Shown piece by piece: positions 40,605 to 50,300 of a stretch of DNA of 64,000 nt. Both the position numbers and the translations under genes were made by a program. This DNA is from a virus, in IMG/VR virus record IMGVR_UViG_2923967841_000001; one strand, 5' to 3'. The notes below the pieces were generated by a model. The model searched no databases. It had not been told where the DNA came from and saw nothing but the letters and a program-made list of their open reading frames with translations. How positions within the stretch are numbered: position 1 is the first letter of the stretch; every line of letters begins with the position of its first letter.

Positions 40605-41650
40605 TCTATTCTTAATTTTCTTTTAATATGGCTCTTCAATTTCTTTTTTGATGATGTATGGTTATTCCAAAAGTAATTCTTGTTATACAATTCATGTACA
40701 ATATCAGAATCTGAATTTGTTGAATTTTTAAAAATTATATCTAAAATTCTTGATATAAAATTATATTCATTTAAAACTAGATTTTTTGAGTCAATTAATT
40801 TATCAAAATTGGTTTCATATAGTTCGCTATTTATTATTTTTTCAATTGACTGAATACTTTTTCCAATGTCATTTATATCTATTCTGGAGAGTGCCTGAGG
40901 GTCGAAATAACTATTTATATTTGGGGCTCCATAATAAATCGGATAAGATAGGCCCAAAAATGAATCAAATAGTTTTTCAGACATTAAATTAAAACGTGAG
41001 TCATTTTCCAAAACAAGATGATATTTTGAATCAAATATAATTTCTGATTTTGTACTAATGTCTTTAAAGCCTTGGCCATTCCACAAAATTTCATCACCAA
41101 AATATTTTTTTAGAATATTTAAAAACTCTATTCTAAGTATATGGTTTTCAGTATTTCTTTTATTAGAGCAAATAACACTGAGCTTTATTTCTTTTTTATT
41201 TTTTATATTTTTTTTAAGAGTTTGATAATTTAGTTTAGAATTTTCTAATACAGATGAACCATATTTTGAGTGTATCATCCAAGGTAAAAATGGATATGTA
41301 TTAGTTGTATTTGTATGATCTGTTGCGTAGCAACTATAAACTTGTCCAAATTGATTTAAATAATGTCTTATATGGTTTTCAAAAAAATAGTTTTTCTTAA
41401 ATGAAGTCTCCGTATTCAAATAAACTATATTTTCAAAAGGAACTTTGCATTTTTGATTTTCAGATTCCAAATCTTCAAAAACAAACCAATAGTCTGCTTT
41501 TTCAATTGATTTATTAATATGAAAATTAACTTTTGAAAGCCTTTTATCATCTGGATTCAAAAAATTGGTAAAATTTAATTCTTTACTCTCATTTGGGATA
41601 GAAACTTTGACATCAATCATAAAGTTATTGTAATTATTAAATAGTTTCAA
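40601..41650 (-). CDS. GT10 alpha-1,3/4-fucosyltransferase-like
   Basis: SVICSNK, SKYHLVLEN, SEKLFDSFLGLSYPIYYGAPNI (GT10 FucT motif). Confidence 0.8.
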   Translation of the reverse strand: MKLFNNYNNFMIDVKVSIPNESKELNFTNFLNPDDKRLSKVNFHINKSIEKADYWFVFEDLESENQKCKVPFENIVYLNTETSFKKNYFFENHIRHYLNQFGQVYSCYATDHTNTTNTYPFLPWMIHSKYGSSVLENSKLNYQTLKKNIKNKKEIKLSVICSNKRNTENHILRIEFLNILKKYFGDEILWNGQGFKDISTKSEIIFDSKYHLVLENDSRFNLMSEKLFDSFLGLSYPIYYGAPNINSYFDPQALSRIDINDIGKSIQSIEKIINSELYETNFDKLIDSKNLVLNEYNFISRILDIIFKNSTNSDSDIVHELYNKNYFWNNHTSSKKKLKSHIKRKLRID

Positions 41651-41720
41651 TGTGTAAATCTAATCTAACTTTTCAATTTTTAATTTTAAATATAAAAGTA
41701 CACATTAAACTAAATATAGA

Positions 41721-41954
41721 TTGATAAAATTCGAAAATAGATTCAGTGTTTTTAATTTATTTAGCAGTTTAAAACTAGAGAATGTTAATTTTATATCATC
41801 AATCCCTATTTTTTACGGTTTTGACCAGTTAAATCAATGTTATGCTTCGTCGAATGAAGAGTTGTATTATTCAGACTCAAATCATTTAACGTTAACTGGT
41901 GCCAATTTAATTACAGAAAAAATAAATATATTTTTAGTAGATGAACAAAAATAA
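41721..41954 (+). pseudogene. C-terminal remnant of an SGNH-hydrolase domain (O-acetyltransferase-associated type)
   Basis: LYYSDSNHLTLTGA (D-x-x-H block V) only; no GDS block; TTG start with an in-frame stop at 41706. Confidence 0.55.
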
Positions 41955-41969
41955 TTTGAGTAATAAGAT

Positions 41970-42731
41970 ATGTTATTAAATTTAAAGCATTTAAAAAATA
42001 AATATAATTTGAAAGTATCAAATATAGTTCATGTTGGCGCACATAAAGGACAAGAAGTAAATGAATATCTTAACATTTTTCCACAATCCAAGATTCATTT
42101 GTTTGAGCCACAAATAGATTTATTTAAAAATTTAGAAAACAAATTTAGTAATATTGACAATATTTCCCTATATAATTTTGCCTTAGGAAGTTCGAAATTA
42201 TCATCTGTAATGTTTGTATCTAGTAATGAGGGAGAAAGTTCATCATTCTATAAACCTAAGGAACATTTAAATTTATACCCCGATATTAAATTTAAAAAAA
42301 GTGATTTAGTATATGAAATAAAAGTTCTAGATAAATTAAAAATTAAAAATATCGATTTTTTAAATATCGACACACAAGGGTTTGAACTTGAAGTTTTAAA
42401 AGGTGCAGTAGAGGTTTTAGAAAAGAATGCCAAATATCTACTCGTAGAAATTAATACAGAGGAGCTATATAAAGGAGCTCCACTAGTAAAAGATCTAGAT
42501 TCATTTTTAAGAAATTATGATTTTATAAGAACAGATACACAATTTTGGGCTGAAAAAGACCCTTGGGGAGATGCTTTTTATATAAAAAAAGATTGTATAA
42601 GTTTTAATAGATATGTTTATTCTGTTTCAAAAAATAGTCTTTACAGTATCAAAGTTTTTTTTATAGTATTAATATATATTAGAAATATTTTTTGGAAACT
42701 AAAAAAAACATTTAGAGAAAAAAAATTTTAA
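41970..42731 (+). CDS. FkbM family methyltransferase
   Basis: IVHVGAHKG, FEPQ, ALG, DFLNIDTQGFELEVLKGA, WGDAFY; paralog of 36440-37129. Confidence 0.88.
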   Translation: MLLNLKHLKNKYNLKVSNIVHVGAHKGQEVNEYLNIFPQSKIHLFEPQIDLFKNLENKFSNIDNISLYNFALGSSKLSSVMFVSSNEGESSSFYKPKEHLNLYPDIKFKKSDLVYEIKVLDKLKIKNIDFLNIDTQGFELEVLKGAVEVLEKNAKYLLVEINTEELYKGAPLVKDLDSFLRNYDFIRTDTQFWAEKDPWGDAFYIKKDCISFNRYVYSVSKNSLYSIKVFFIVLIYIRNIFWKLKKTFREKKF

Positions 42732-42834
42732 ATTATACTCCTTAAAAATTTAAGCATTACTTCAAATTTTTCGAAGAATTTTGACTTATTCACAACATCA
42801 AACTGTTCTGTATAATGGAGAAGTCTTTAAAAAT

Positions 42835-44025
42835 ATGAAAAATAAAATAGCGTTTATAAAATTTGGTGGGATGGCTATTGGTGGTACAGAAAAGGTTTTA
42901 CAGACAATAGCTTCAGAATTGCCTAAAACCCAGTACCAAGTTGATTATTTTTATTGTGATTCAGCACCATATATAGGTTCTAACTATAAACATCTTGATA
43001 CAGATTTAAAAAGAGTTGAATACTGTATTCAAAATAAAGTTAATCTAATTAAGTTTCGAGTAAGGTTTAAAGATCTTCGTGTTCCGACACATGATTGGGT
43101 AGACACTAATTTTTGGGATTACTTCAACGAGGATGAATATGATGTAATCATAACAGGTCGTGCAGGACACCCAGAATACCCTTTTAATTTGATACATAAA
43201 ACAAAAATTATTGATACTATACATCTCTCTGGTATGGCAGAAAACAAAGTAAATGTTCACAAAACTGTATTGATATCAAAAGAGCAACGTGATAGGTGGG
43301 TTGGAGCTGGTGGGATAAAGAAAAAATCAATGATAATTCCAAATCCAGTAAAGATTGTACAAACAAATGATAAATTTGAAACTAACAATAAATTTGTTTT
43401 TGGCCTTCACCAACGCGACGATGATAATATTTTTTCACCTATACCTCTTGAAGCGTATAAGAAAATTGAAACAAAAGAGACATTATTTATGTTTTTAGGG
43501 GGTAGTTCAAGATATAAAGATCAAGCAAAGTCACTCAAAGTCAAAAATATAAAATTTATACCAACCACTTCAGATATTGAAGAAATTCATAAATTTTTAA
43601 ACTCACTAGATGTTTATGCACATGGTAGAAGTGATGGAGAGCAATGTTCAACTGCGATTATTGAAGCAATGTCCCACGGACTCCCTTTTATAAGTCATGT
43701 AGCTCCCAGCATGGGTCATGCTGAGCAAATACAAGATGCTGGCCTAGTAGTAAAAAACAATGATGAATATTCAGATGCGATGGTTAAATTTATGAGGGAC
43801 AAAAACTTTTACTCTGCTTGTTCTGAAAAATCTTTACATAGATATGACTCAATTTACTCATTAGCTTCGGTAATAGCAAAATATGTATCTTTAATTGAAG
43901 ATACAATTTCATCCAATAAGTTGAATACTTTAGATAGAGTAATTAATAGTTTTGAAAATATATTTATATATTTTCGCCTAAGATGGAAAAGGATTAAAAA
44001 TAAATTAAATTATTTTATAGAGTAA
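42835..44025 (+). CDS. Glycosyltransferase family 4-like
   Basis: GGMAIGGTEK, DVYAHGRSDGEQCSTAIIEAMSHGLP. Start moved from the TTG at 42781 to the ATG at 42835. Confidence 0.75.
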   Translation: MKNKIAFIKFGGMAIGGTEKVLQTIASELPKTQYQVDYFYCDSAPYIGSNYKHLDTDLKRVEYCIQNKVNLIKFRVRFKDLRVPTHDWVDTNFWDYFNEDEYDVIITGRAGHPEYPFNLIHKTKIIDTIHLSGMAENKVNVHKTVLISKEQRDRWVGAGGIKKKSMIIPNPVKIVQTNDKFETNNKFVFGLHQRDDDNIFSPIPLEAYKKIETKETLFMFLGGSSRYKDQAKSLKVKNIKFIPTTSDIEEIHKFLNSLDVYAHGRSDGEQCSTAIIEAMSHGLPFISHVAPSMGHAEQIQDAGLVVKNNDEYSDAMVKFMRDKNFYSACSEKSLHRYDSIYSLASVIAKYVSLIEDTISSNKLNTLDRVINSFENIFIYFRLRWKRIKNKLNYFIE

Positions 44026-44031
44026 ATATTT

Positions 44032-44943
44032 ATGAAAATTGTTACTTTAATTACATTCAGAAATGAAGAGTACTTTCTTAAAACACCAATACTGTCCGTT
44101 TCTAACATAACTGATGAAGTTGTATGTATCAATGACAAATCTACAGATAATTCAAAACAAGTTGCAGAAGATCTTGGTGCAACTGTGTATGACAACACAA
44201 AAGCTAACGAATTAGGCTCTACTGAAAATGAGATCCGTAACAGCCTTTTAAACCTAGGAAGAGAACATAAAGGTACTCATTTCATTATTCTTGATGCTGA
44301 TGAGGCTTTAACTTCTAACTTTAAAAACAATATGCATTTGATAAATGAACTAACTCCTGGCAAAAGTATAGAACTCCAATGGCTAGCAATGTGGAAAAGT
44401 CTTAAACGATTCAAAGATGATAAAAGCGTGTGGTCAAACAGTTTCAAAGATTTTATTTATTGTGATGATATTAAGTTGAATTTAAGTAATTTTGAATTTA
44501 AAAATAAAGATTATAAAAAGCATGATATAGCTTGGCCAACTCACCCTCCAAGAACCCCAGGTATGAGTAAAGTTAGATATGGAAGAGATATTGGAGCTGT
44601 ACTTCATTTTCAATTTTCAAATTGGGAAGCTTTTCAATTGAAACAGTGTTGGTATAGGTGTGCAGAACTTATTCAAAATGATGGAAAAGGGTTTAATGAA
44701 ATTAATAGGAAATATCAAATCACTCTGGAAAAAACAAATTTTATAACAGATTTAAAAAACAAATATAGAACTAAACGAGCTCCTAAATATTTATACGAAG
44801 ATGTGGTATTTCCCGATCTTGATAAAATTTATAGTCAATATCTATGGCGTCTAGATCAAATATCATATTGGTTCAAAGATTTTGGTAAAGAGTATTTTAA
44901 AGATTTAAATATATGGCATCTCGGATCTATTAGAAATTTGTAA
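44032..44943 (+). CDS. Glycosyltransferase family 2-like
   Basis: TFRNEEYFL, INDKSTDNS, RN-x-L, FIILDADE, VLHFQF. Confidence 0.7.
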   Translation: MKIVTLITFRNEEYFLKTPILSVSNITDEVVCINDKSTDNSKQVAEDLGATVYDNTKANELGSTENEIRNSLLNLGREHKGTHFIILDADEALTSNFKNNMHLINELTPGKSIELQWLAMWKSLKRFKDDKSVWSNSFKDFIYCDDIKLNLSNFEFKNKDYKKHDIAWPTHPPRTPGMSKVRYGRDIGAVLHFQFSNWEAFQLKQCWYRCAELIQNDGKGFNEINRKYQITLEKTNFITDLKNKYRTKRAPKYLYEDVVFPDLDKIYSQYLWRLDQISYWFKDFGKEYFKDLNIWHLGSIRNL

Positions 44944-45167
44944 ATTGATTTAATTAAAAATAATGTAAATCCTTTTTAATGATATAAATTATAAATAATT
45001 GGTTATGCGACTGAAATGTTTAGATTAAAAAAAACCCTAACTACTATGATCGGTTATCAAAAATAGCCCTTGATAGGCACACTAAATATTATTCTTTTGA
45101 TTCAAATTTTGTAATTTAATAGATTTTATTAACCGAGGTCTAAAGTATAAATATTAATTAATACTTT

Positions 45168-46544
45168 TTAGAGGACAATGTCTTTATTCTCATTTAAAAA
45201 ACTATCTAAATCCTCTGGAGTTCCAATTCCCCACATTTTTTCTACTTCGCCAATAGTAATTCTCTTGTTGTCAGCAATTGCTTCGTTATATACTGGGCAT
45301 ACATAAAATTCATTGTTTACTCTTGTATTTTTTTTAATCATTTGTTCAGCATATTTGACATAATCACTTCCATGCTTCCAGTAGTAAACCCCTACCGTAG
45401 CGTTGTCACTTATAGGATTTTTTTCTGCAACTTCGGTTACTATATTTTCATCGTTCACTTTGGCATATGACCACTTAGGATGAGAAGCTTTAAACGTTAA
45501 GATTCCGCCATCATAATCTTTAGAAGTGAATGTGTACATCATTTCTCTTGGATTCCAGTTAATAAATTGATCAGAATTACAAATTAAAAGTGGATCTCTA
45601 GAATCAATATATTCTTTAGCTAATAATGTAGTGCATGCAGCACCCTCAGTTAAGCCATCAATTTCAACAATTTTTGAATTATTTTTAATAAGTTTGAGCA
45701 TTTTATCAATGTTATATTGGTCTACATGTTCTTTTCGTACTATAAAAATAAAATTAGCCTCTATGTTTATGTTGTTAACTACAACTTCAATCATTGGTTT
45801 GCCTTTTAATTCAACAAGAGGCTTAGGAAAAACATACCCTTTTTCGGAAAATCTAGATCCTGCTCCAGCTAATGGAATAAGGACATTTAATTTGTTATTT
45901 ACATAAGTATCCATTTTGTTATTTCCTTCCTTTGTATTAACTATATCTTGAATAAATTGAAGATTTAAATCTTTACGAGATTCTACAAAAAAAGCCTTTG
46001 AGCCACTTTGTAAAGCAGCAAGTCTTCCAATTGCAGAATCTTCGATGATTGCTGTTTCTGATGGTAAAAAACCAAACTCAAGCATTGTATTCCAATACAT
46101 TTCAGGATAAGGTTTTGGAAATTTCACATCTTCGTTGGCCTGTATAAAATCAAAATATTTTAAAATTCCTAGATTATTAAGTATTTTTTCTACAGTTTTT
46201 CTTACACTATTTGAACAACATGCAACCTTAATATTTTTTGTTTTTAATTCTTCTAAAATATGGATAAGTTCAGAGTCTTCTGTAATTGAATTCAGCATTT
46301 CAAGAGTATATTTTTGTTTAGCCTCCCAAATACCTTCATGCCATTCTGTTGGTAAGTTCTTTTCACTAGATAATAATTCAAGCTTTTTATTTGTTGGCAA
46401 ACCATCATAGACATTTAGATGTTCTTTTTTTGTAATTAAATACTCATTATCAAATTTACTAATAGCTTTATTGAGGGAATCAAAGTGAAATTCTTTAGAG
46501 TCATATAAAACTCCATCTAAATCAAAAATAATTAATTTAATCAT
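45168..46544 (-). CDS. Fusion of a HAD-family phosphatase and a sugar/polyol-phosphate nucleotidyltransferase
   Basis: N-terminal: IFDLDGV, CSNS, KPYPE, IEDS. C-terminal: LIPLAGAGSRF, PKPL, TEGAACT, NSDQ, EVAEK, NEFYVCPVYN, GIGTPEDL. Confidence 0.85.
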   Translation of the reverse strand: MIKLIIFDLDGVLYDSKEFHFDSLNKAISKFDNEYLITKKEHLNVYDGLPTNKKLELLSSEKNLPTEWHEGIWEAKQKYTLEMLNSITEDSELIHILEELKTKNIKVACCSNSVRKTVEKILNNLGILKYFDFIQANEDVKFPKPYPEMYWNTMLEFGFLPSETAIIEDSAIGRLAALQSGSKAFFVESRKDLNLQFIQDIVNTKEGNNKMDTYVNNKLNVLIPLAGAGSRFSEKGYVFPKPLVELKGKPMIEVVVNNINIEANFIFIVRKEHVDQYNIDKMLKLIKNNSKIVEIDGLTEGAACTTLLAKEYIDSRDPLLICNSDQFINWNPREMMYTFTSKDYDGGILTFKASHPKWSYAKVNDENIVTEVAEKNPISDNATVGVYYWKHGSDYVKYAEQMIKKNTRVNNEFYVCPVYNEAIADNKRITIGEVEKMWGIGTPEDLDSFLNENKDIVL

Positions 46545-46562
46545 TAAATATATAATACTAAG

Positions 46563-46690
46563 ATGAAAAAAAAATTTGGGTAATTATTCAAGGACCAGTA
46601 GTTTCTTATGGGAGCGTAGGGAGAAATGATAATCAAGAAGGTTTTGATTCTACAGATACAATTAAAAATTATTATTTAAAATACTTTTAA
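46563..46690 (+). pseudogene. Frameshifted, truncated N-terminal remnant resembling WavE-like proteins
   Basis: ATG followed by A9 puts IWVIIQGPVVSYG out of frame (A10 or A7 would restore MKK(K)IWVIIQGP); stop at 46688-46690. Confidence 0.4.
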
Positions 46691-46729
46691 TATTTAATCA
46701 CAAAGTTTTTAAATCGCAAACAGTAAACT

Positions 46730-47560
46730 CTAAGGTTTTTTTAAAACTAAAACTCCAGTATCTTGTACTTTGTTTTTGGTAAAGTATTTATCATTAAACT
46801 CTTTAAAATTCCATTTTATATAATTTTGTTTATCAAAAAACTCTTTAACCTCAAGAAGCCTTATATCCCATATATTATCAATAACTATTAAAGTATCTTC
46901 ATTTGCGAATCGAGTAATTACATCGAAGTCATTTTGAATACCCTCTTCTGTATGATCGCCATCGATAAAAATTAAATCGAAATAATCAATTCCAAAATCA
47001 TCGCATATATTTTTTAAAATATTTTTATTTAAATTAACGAGATCCTTGTTAGCATAATTTGAATTATCTAAAACAAATTTTGAGTTATCTAATTTTTGAG
47101 TATCTTCAGTTTTGTAAGGATACCAAAAATCAGCTTTAACTCGATAACTAGAAATTTCATAAGGTGTGCCAGCATCATAACCCCCATCTATAACATCAAA
47201 AGTAACAACTTTACCCTTTACATTTTTACCATGTGTGTCGTCAATGGCTTTTGCAATTTGATTGGTTGTTTTGTAATGATATGAACCAATTTCTAGAACA
47301 TTAGTTGCTCGTGTTAACCTAGTTAAGGTATATAAACATTGTGTACAATGAGTGTTTGCTCCTTCATAATCTAGGCCTTGAAGAATTCCATGTTCAGGAC
47401 CTATGTCTATATAAAATTTTTCAAATTCATTCTTAACTAAATCAACTTTATTTTCATATGAATTAAGTTTTGTTTTAAAAATAAATAAGTAAAAAGAATG
47501 ATAATATTTTCTAAAAACAACAAGTATGAGATTATATAGTTGGTATAAAAATTTTTTCAC
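46730..47560 (-). CDS. Class I SAM-dependent methyltransferase (Methyltransf_24-like)
   Basis: VLEIGSY, TFDV, FDLIFIDGDH, IVIDNI. Confidence 0.75.
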   Translation of the reverse strand: MKKFLYQLYNLILVVFRKYYHSFYLFIFKTKLNSYENKVDLVKNEFEKFYIDIGPEHGILQGLDYEGANTHCTQCLYTLTRLTRATNVLEIGSYHYKTTNQIAKAIDDTHGKNVKGKVVTFDVIDGGYDAGTPYEISSYRVKADFWYPYKTEDTQKLDNSKFVLDNSNYANKDLVNLNKNILKNICDDFGIDYFDLIFIDGDHTEEGIQNDFDVITRFANEDTLIVIDNIWDIRLLEVKEFFDKQNYIKWNFKEFNDKYFTKNKVQDTGVLVLKKP

Positions 47561-47571
47561 AGTTCTATATT

Positions 47572-48261
47572 TTAACTCAAAATTTTTTTGAGTTGTCCTC
47601 TAGAAATTTTCTTAAACTGTGGATTTTTATGTTTTTGTAAAAATGTTTTTGAATATCTATTAAATTTAAAGCAAGTAACTTTCCTTACTCTTTTTGACCA
47701 TTCTACGTCTTCGCTTTCACCCCATACTAAATCTTCATTTAGTGGAAATTTTTCCATTATTTGCCTTTTAGCAACCCAATAGGCACCAGAAATATACATA
47801 TACTCAGATAAGTTTGAAACACTGTAGGGAATTAAGCATGCATTGTCATTAATTATTTCGTCGACAAAACAATCATTGTGTGGCCACAATGTCCAATCTC
47901 TATAGCGACTTTTGTCAGGGTTTAAAATTTTATTCATTACTATTTCGTAGTCGTTACCAAATTTTGTAAAACCCTTATACCATTTTTTATGAAGAATTAA
48001 ATAATCATGCATATAAACGATATTTTCATAGGTACTTTCTTTTGTAATTATGTTTTTTTTTCTTGTTATCCATCCTGGCTTTATATTTTCATCAAAATCT
48101 ATAAAATTTATTTTGCTTTTATTTAATATTTTATTTTTATCTAGATTACCAACAATAATTATTTCATAATTTTTAATCTTTTGATTATGTATACTTTCAA
48201 CACAGTTGTTTAAATATGCATAATCCTTACCATTAGTGACAATACCAAAGGTGAAATTCAT
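47572..48261 (-). CDS. GT2-like glycosyltransferase
   Basis: FTFGIVT, YEIIIVG, RKKN, IVYMHDY, YISGAYW, WGESEDVEWS. Confidence 0.65.
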   Translation of the reverse strand: MNFTFGIVTNGKDYAYLNNCVESIHNQKIKNYEIIIVGNLDKNKILNKSKINFIDFDENIKPGWITRKKNIITKESTYENIVYMHDYLILHKKWYKGFTKFGNDYEIVMNKILNPDKSRYRDWTLWPHNDCFVDEIINDNACLIPYSVSNLSEYMYISGAYWVAKRQIMEKFPLNEDLVWGESEDVEWSKRVRKVTCFKFNRYSKTFLQKHKNPQFKKISRGQLKKILS

Positions 48262-48702
48262 TTATTTATACATCTCAATGTAATCAGAACACACCCCATA
48301 GCATTTATAGTCTGAAACTTTTTTCTCATTGTCTACAATCACACTATTATTTCCAACTATATTACCTGGATAAGTCCAAATATAACCTTTACTAGTAATT
48401 GTAAACCTATCTTCCTGATGCCAAAAATAATTATGTTCTCCAATTTTGTTTAAGTACTCCAGTGATTCAAAATTTTTACAATGTATCCATAGGTATTCGA
48501 CATATTTTGATAAGAAATCAATAGTAGTTTTATACACTGGTTCATCATGGCCCAAAAATAACTCTTTATTCACTACCCAAATATCAACCTCGCAATCAAA
48601 ACCAAAATCTATTGCTTTTTCAATATATGTTGGGTGATTTTCAATAGAAATATTAGGACCATTAATATTTCCTCTATGCGAAATTAACTTACTAACAGTC
48701 AT
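48262..48702 (-). CDS. Small GDPD/PI-PLC-like phosphodiesterase-fold protein
   Basis: ISHRGN, EN, GFDCEVDIW, LGHD, WIHCKN, GVCSDY. Confidence 0.65.
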   Translation of the reverse strand: MTVSKLISHRGNINGPNISIENHPTYIEKAIDFGFDCEVDIWVVNKELFLGHDEPVYKTTIDFLSKYVEYLWIHCKNFESLEYLNKIGEHNYFWHQEDRFTITSKGYIWTYPGNIVGNNSVIVDNEKKVSDYKCYGVCSDYIEMYK

Positions 48703-48768
48703 AAAAATATTATATCTATATTAAAGATTAAGAAACTTTTAAGTAATTCAAACTAAATTTCAGAAGGT

Positions 48769-49437
48769 TTAATAAATCATGTGATTGTCTTTTAATTTTT
48801 TTAAAATCAAGGGCATACTTGATTGATTTAAATGAATTCCAGTTCCATAATCATCTAAAAAATCTACATTAGTACTGCCATCTTTATTAAGCATTTCCTC
48901 AAATATTGATATGAAAGCAATGTTGTTCTCTAGACATTTTTTTTCCAGATACTTATTAAACAACCTTGTAATATTATTTCTTTCAATATTCGTACCAAAA
49001 GATGGTCCACTATATGGTTTTTCCACGGACCAACTTGCAATTGGGGCAAAAATAGATTTTCTTATTTTTCTAATAGGTTTTACCTCCACAACTGTAGAAA
49101 TATATCTATCAACACACTCTTTAATGATCAGCTCAACATCCTTTTTTTGTAATTGAGATTGTTTAATTATATGAGCTCTAATATCTACTTCCCCAAAGCA
49201 GAAGAGAACAAAGGAAGTTCTTAAGTAAAATGTTCTATTGAGTACAGAGTTTAAAAGATCAATTTTTTTATGTAAATTATAAGCAGTAGCTGGGCCAATC
49301 CTAACTGGTTTAAATTTGCTTAATAATCTAAATTCTTTATCTGGCCATTGAGAAATAATTCTTTCCTCTTTTGAAAAGACAGAACTGTGGCTGTCTCCTA
49401 AGCAAATTATCATTGATTTAATTTTAGTCCTCAACAT
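48769..49437 (-). CDS. SGNH/GDSL hydrolase-like protein (possible sugar O-acetyltransferase or esterase)
   Basis: CLGDSH, FGEVDIR, DDYGTGIHLN. Confidence 0.65.
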   Translation of the reverse strand: MLRTKIKSMIICLGDSHSSVFSKEERIISQWPDKEFRLLSKFKPVRIGPATAYNLHKKIDLLNSVLNRTFYLRTSFVLFCFGEVDIRAHIIKQSQLQKKDVELIIKECVDRYISTVVEVKPIRKIRKSIFAPIASWSVEKPYSGPSFGTNIERNNITRLFNKYLEKKCLENNIAFISIFEEMLNKDGSTNVDFLDDYGTGIHLNQSSMPLILKKLKDNHMIY

Positions 49438-49475
49438 AATTTTAATTATCGAGATAAAATTTGTGTATTATAAAC

Positions 49476-49519
49476 GTGGCTAGAGGCAGAATCGAATTAC
49501 TGACCCCTTGTTTTACAGA
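49476..49519 (-). repeat. Degenerate tRNA-Phe 3' fragment (att scar 3)
   Basis: 39/44 identical to 53400-53443. Confidence 0.9.
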
Positions 49520-49547
49520 TATGGGCTAACTATTTGGTATAAGTTGA

Positions 49548-50300
49548 TTATAACTTATAAATAATAAGTTGACCTAAATGATTTGGAATAACAACTAATT
49601 GTTTGTTTTGCTTTAATTCATTTCCAAATTTAGTAATTCCGTCTGTAAACCAACCTCCATAATCATCTAATATTATCATTGCTCCGTTAATTGAATTATT
49701 AAGTAAAAAATCAAGGCTTTCTTTAGCTGAAACGTATGTATCAACATCAATATGAGCAAATGAGATTGGTTTGTTAATAACAACATTGTTAATGCTGTTA
49801 GGAAATATACCCTCTACAATATTGAATTTTTGACCAGTTTTATTTTCAACTTCTCGAACATCATTAGGGGTTGCATCTTTATATTCAGAATTTTTAAAAA
49901 AAGTATCTTCTTCTGATGACCCAACTACTCCGCTAAAAGTATCACAAACAAAATAATCTATATTCTTATCTTTGTTTGCTAATGAAACTAGACCAGAAAC
50001 ACCACCTTTCCAAGATCCTACTTCAATAAATGATGAATTATCAACAAGGTATCTTTTCGACATTTCAAATATGGTAAATAGTCTTGATTTAGGATTTAAA
50101 GTATAGTTTTTAATTATTTCATAGTTCTCAGTAAATTGCTCATCTGTTTTCCAGGGTAAATAAAAATATTCGAAAATTTCAATACCGTAATCTTTTCGCT
50201 CTTCTTTATATCTAAGATTTATCTGAAACAATTTAAATAAAAATTTAGTAATTAAATCTAATTTTTTCCGTGCTTTAATGACTTTTTTAAGATTAAACAT
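49548..50300 (-). CDS. TylF/MycF/NovP-family sugar O-methyltransferase
   Basis: FIEVGSWKGG, CDTFSG, GIFPNS, SFAHIDVDTY, ILDDYG. Confidence 0.8.
   Translation of the reverse strand: MFNLKKVIKARKKLDLITKFLFKLFQINLRYKEERKDYGIEIFEYFYLPWKTDEQFTENYEIIKNYTLNPKSRLFTIFEMSKRYLVDNSSFIEVGSWKGGVSGLVSLANKDKNIDYFVCDTFSGVVGSSEEDTFFKNSEYKDATPNDVREVENKTGQKFNIVEGIFPNSINNVVINKPISFAHIDVDTYVSAKESLDFLLNNSINGAMIILDDYGGWFTDGITKFGNELKQNKQLVVIPNHLGQLIIYKL

Larger units (their letters stand above)
49476..50300. mobile_element. tRNA-Phe cassette C (one ORF)
   Basis: Bounded by tRNA-Phe fragments at 49476-49519 and 50301-50342; no integrase. Confidence 0.65.

Noticed and set aside
37088-42587. 24-bp identity (TGGGGAGATGCTTTTTATATAAAA) between the two FkbM paralogs as evidence of gene conversion
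   Set aside because: It encodes the conserved WGDAFYIK motif in the codons an AT-rich genome would favour anyway.
44944-45167. 224-bp gap between convergent genes as a possible ncRNA or gene remnant
   Set aside because: No convincing structure, tRNA fragment or protein motif in the reading frames I checked.
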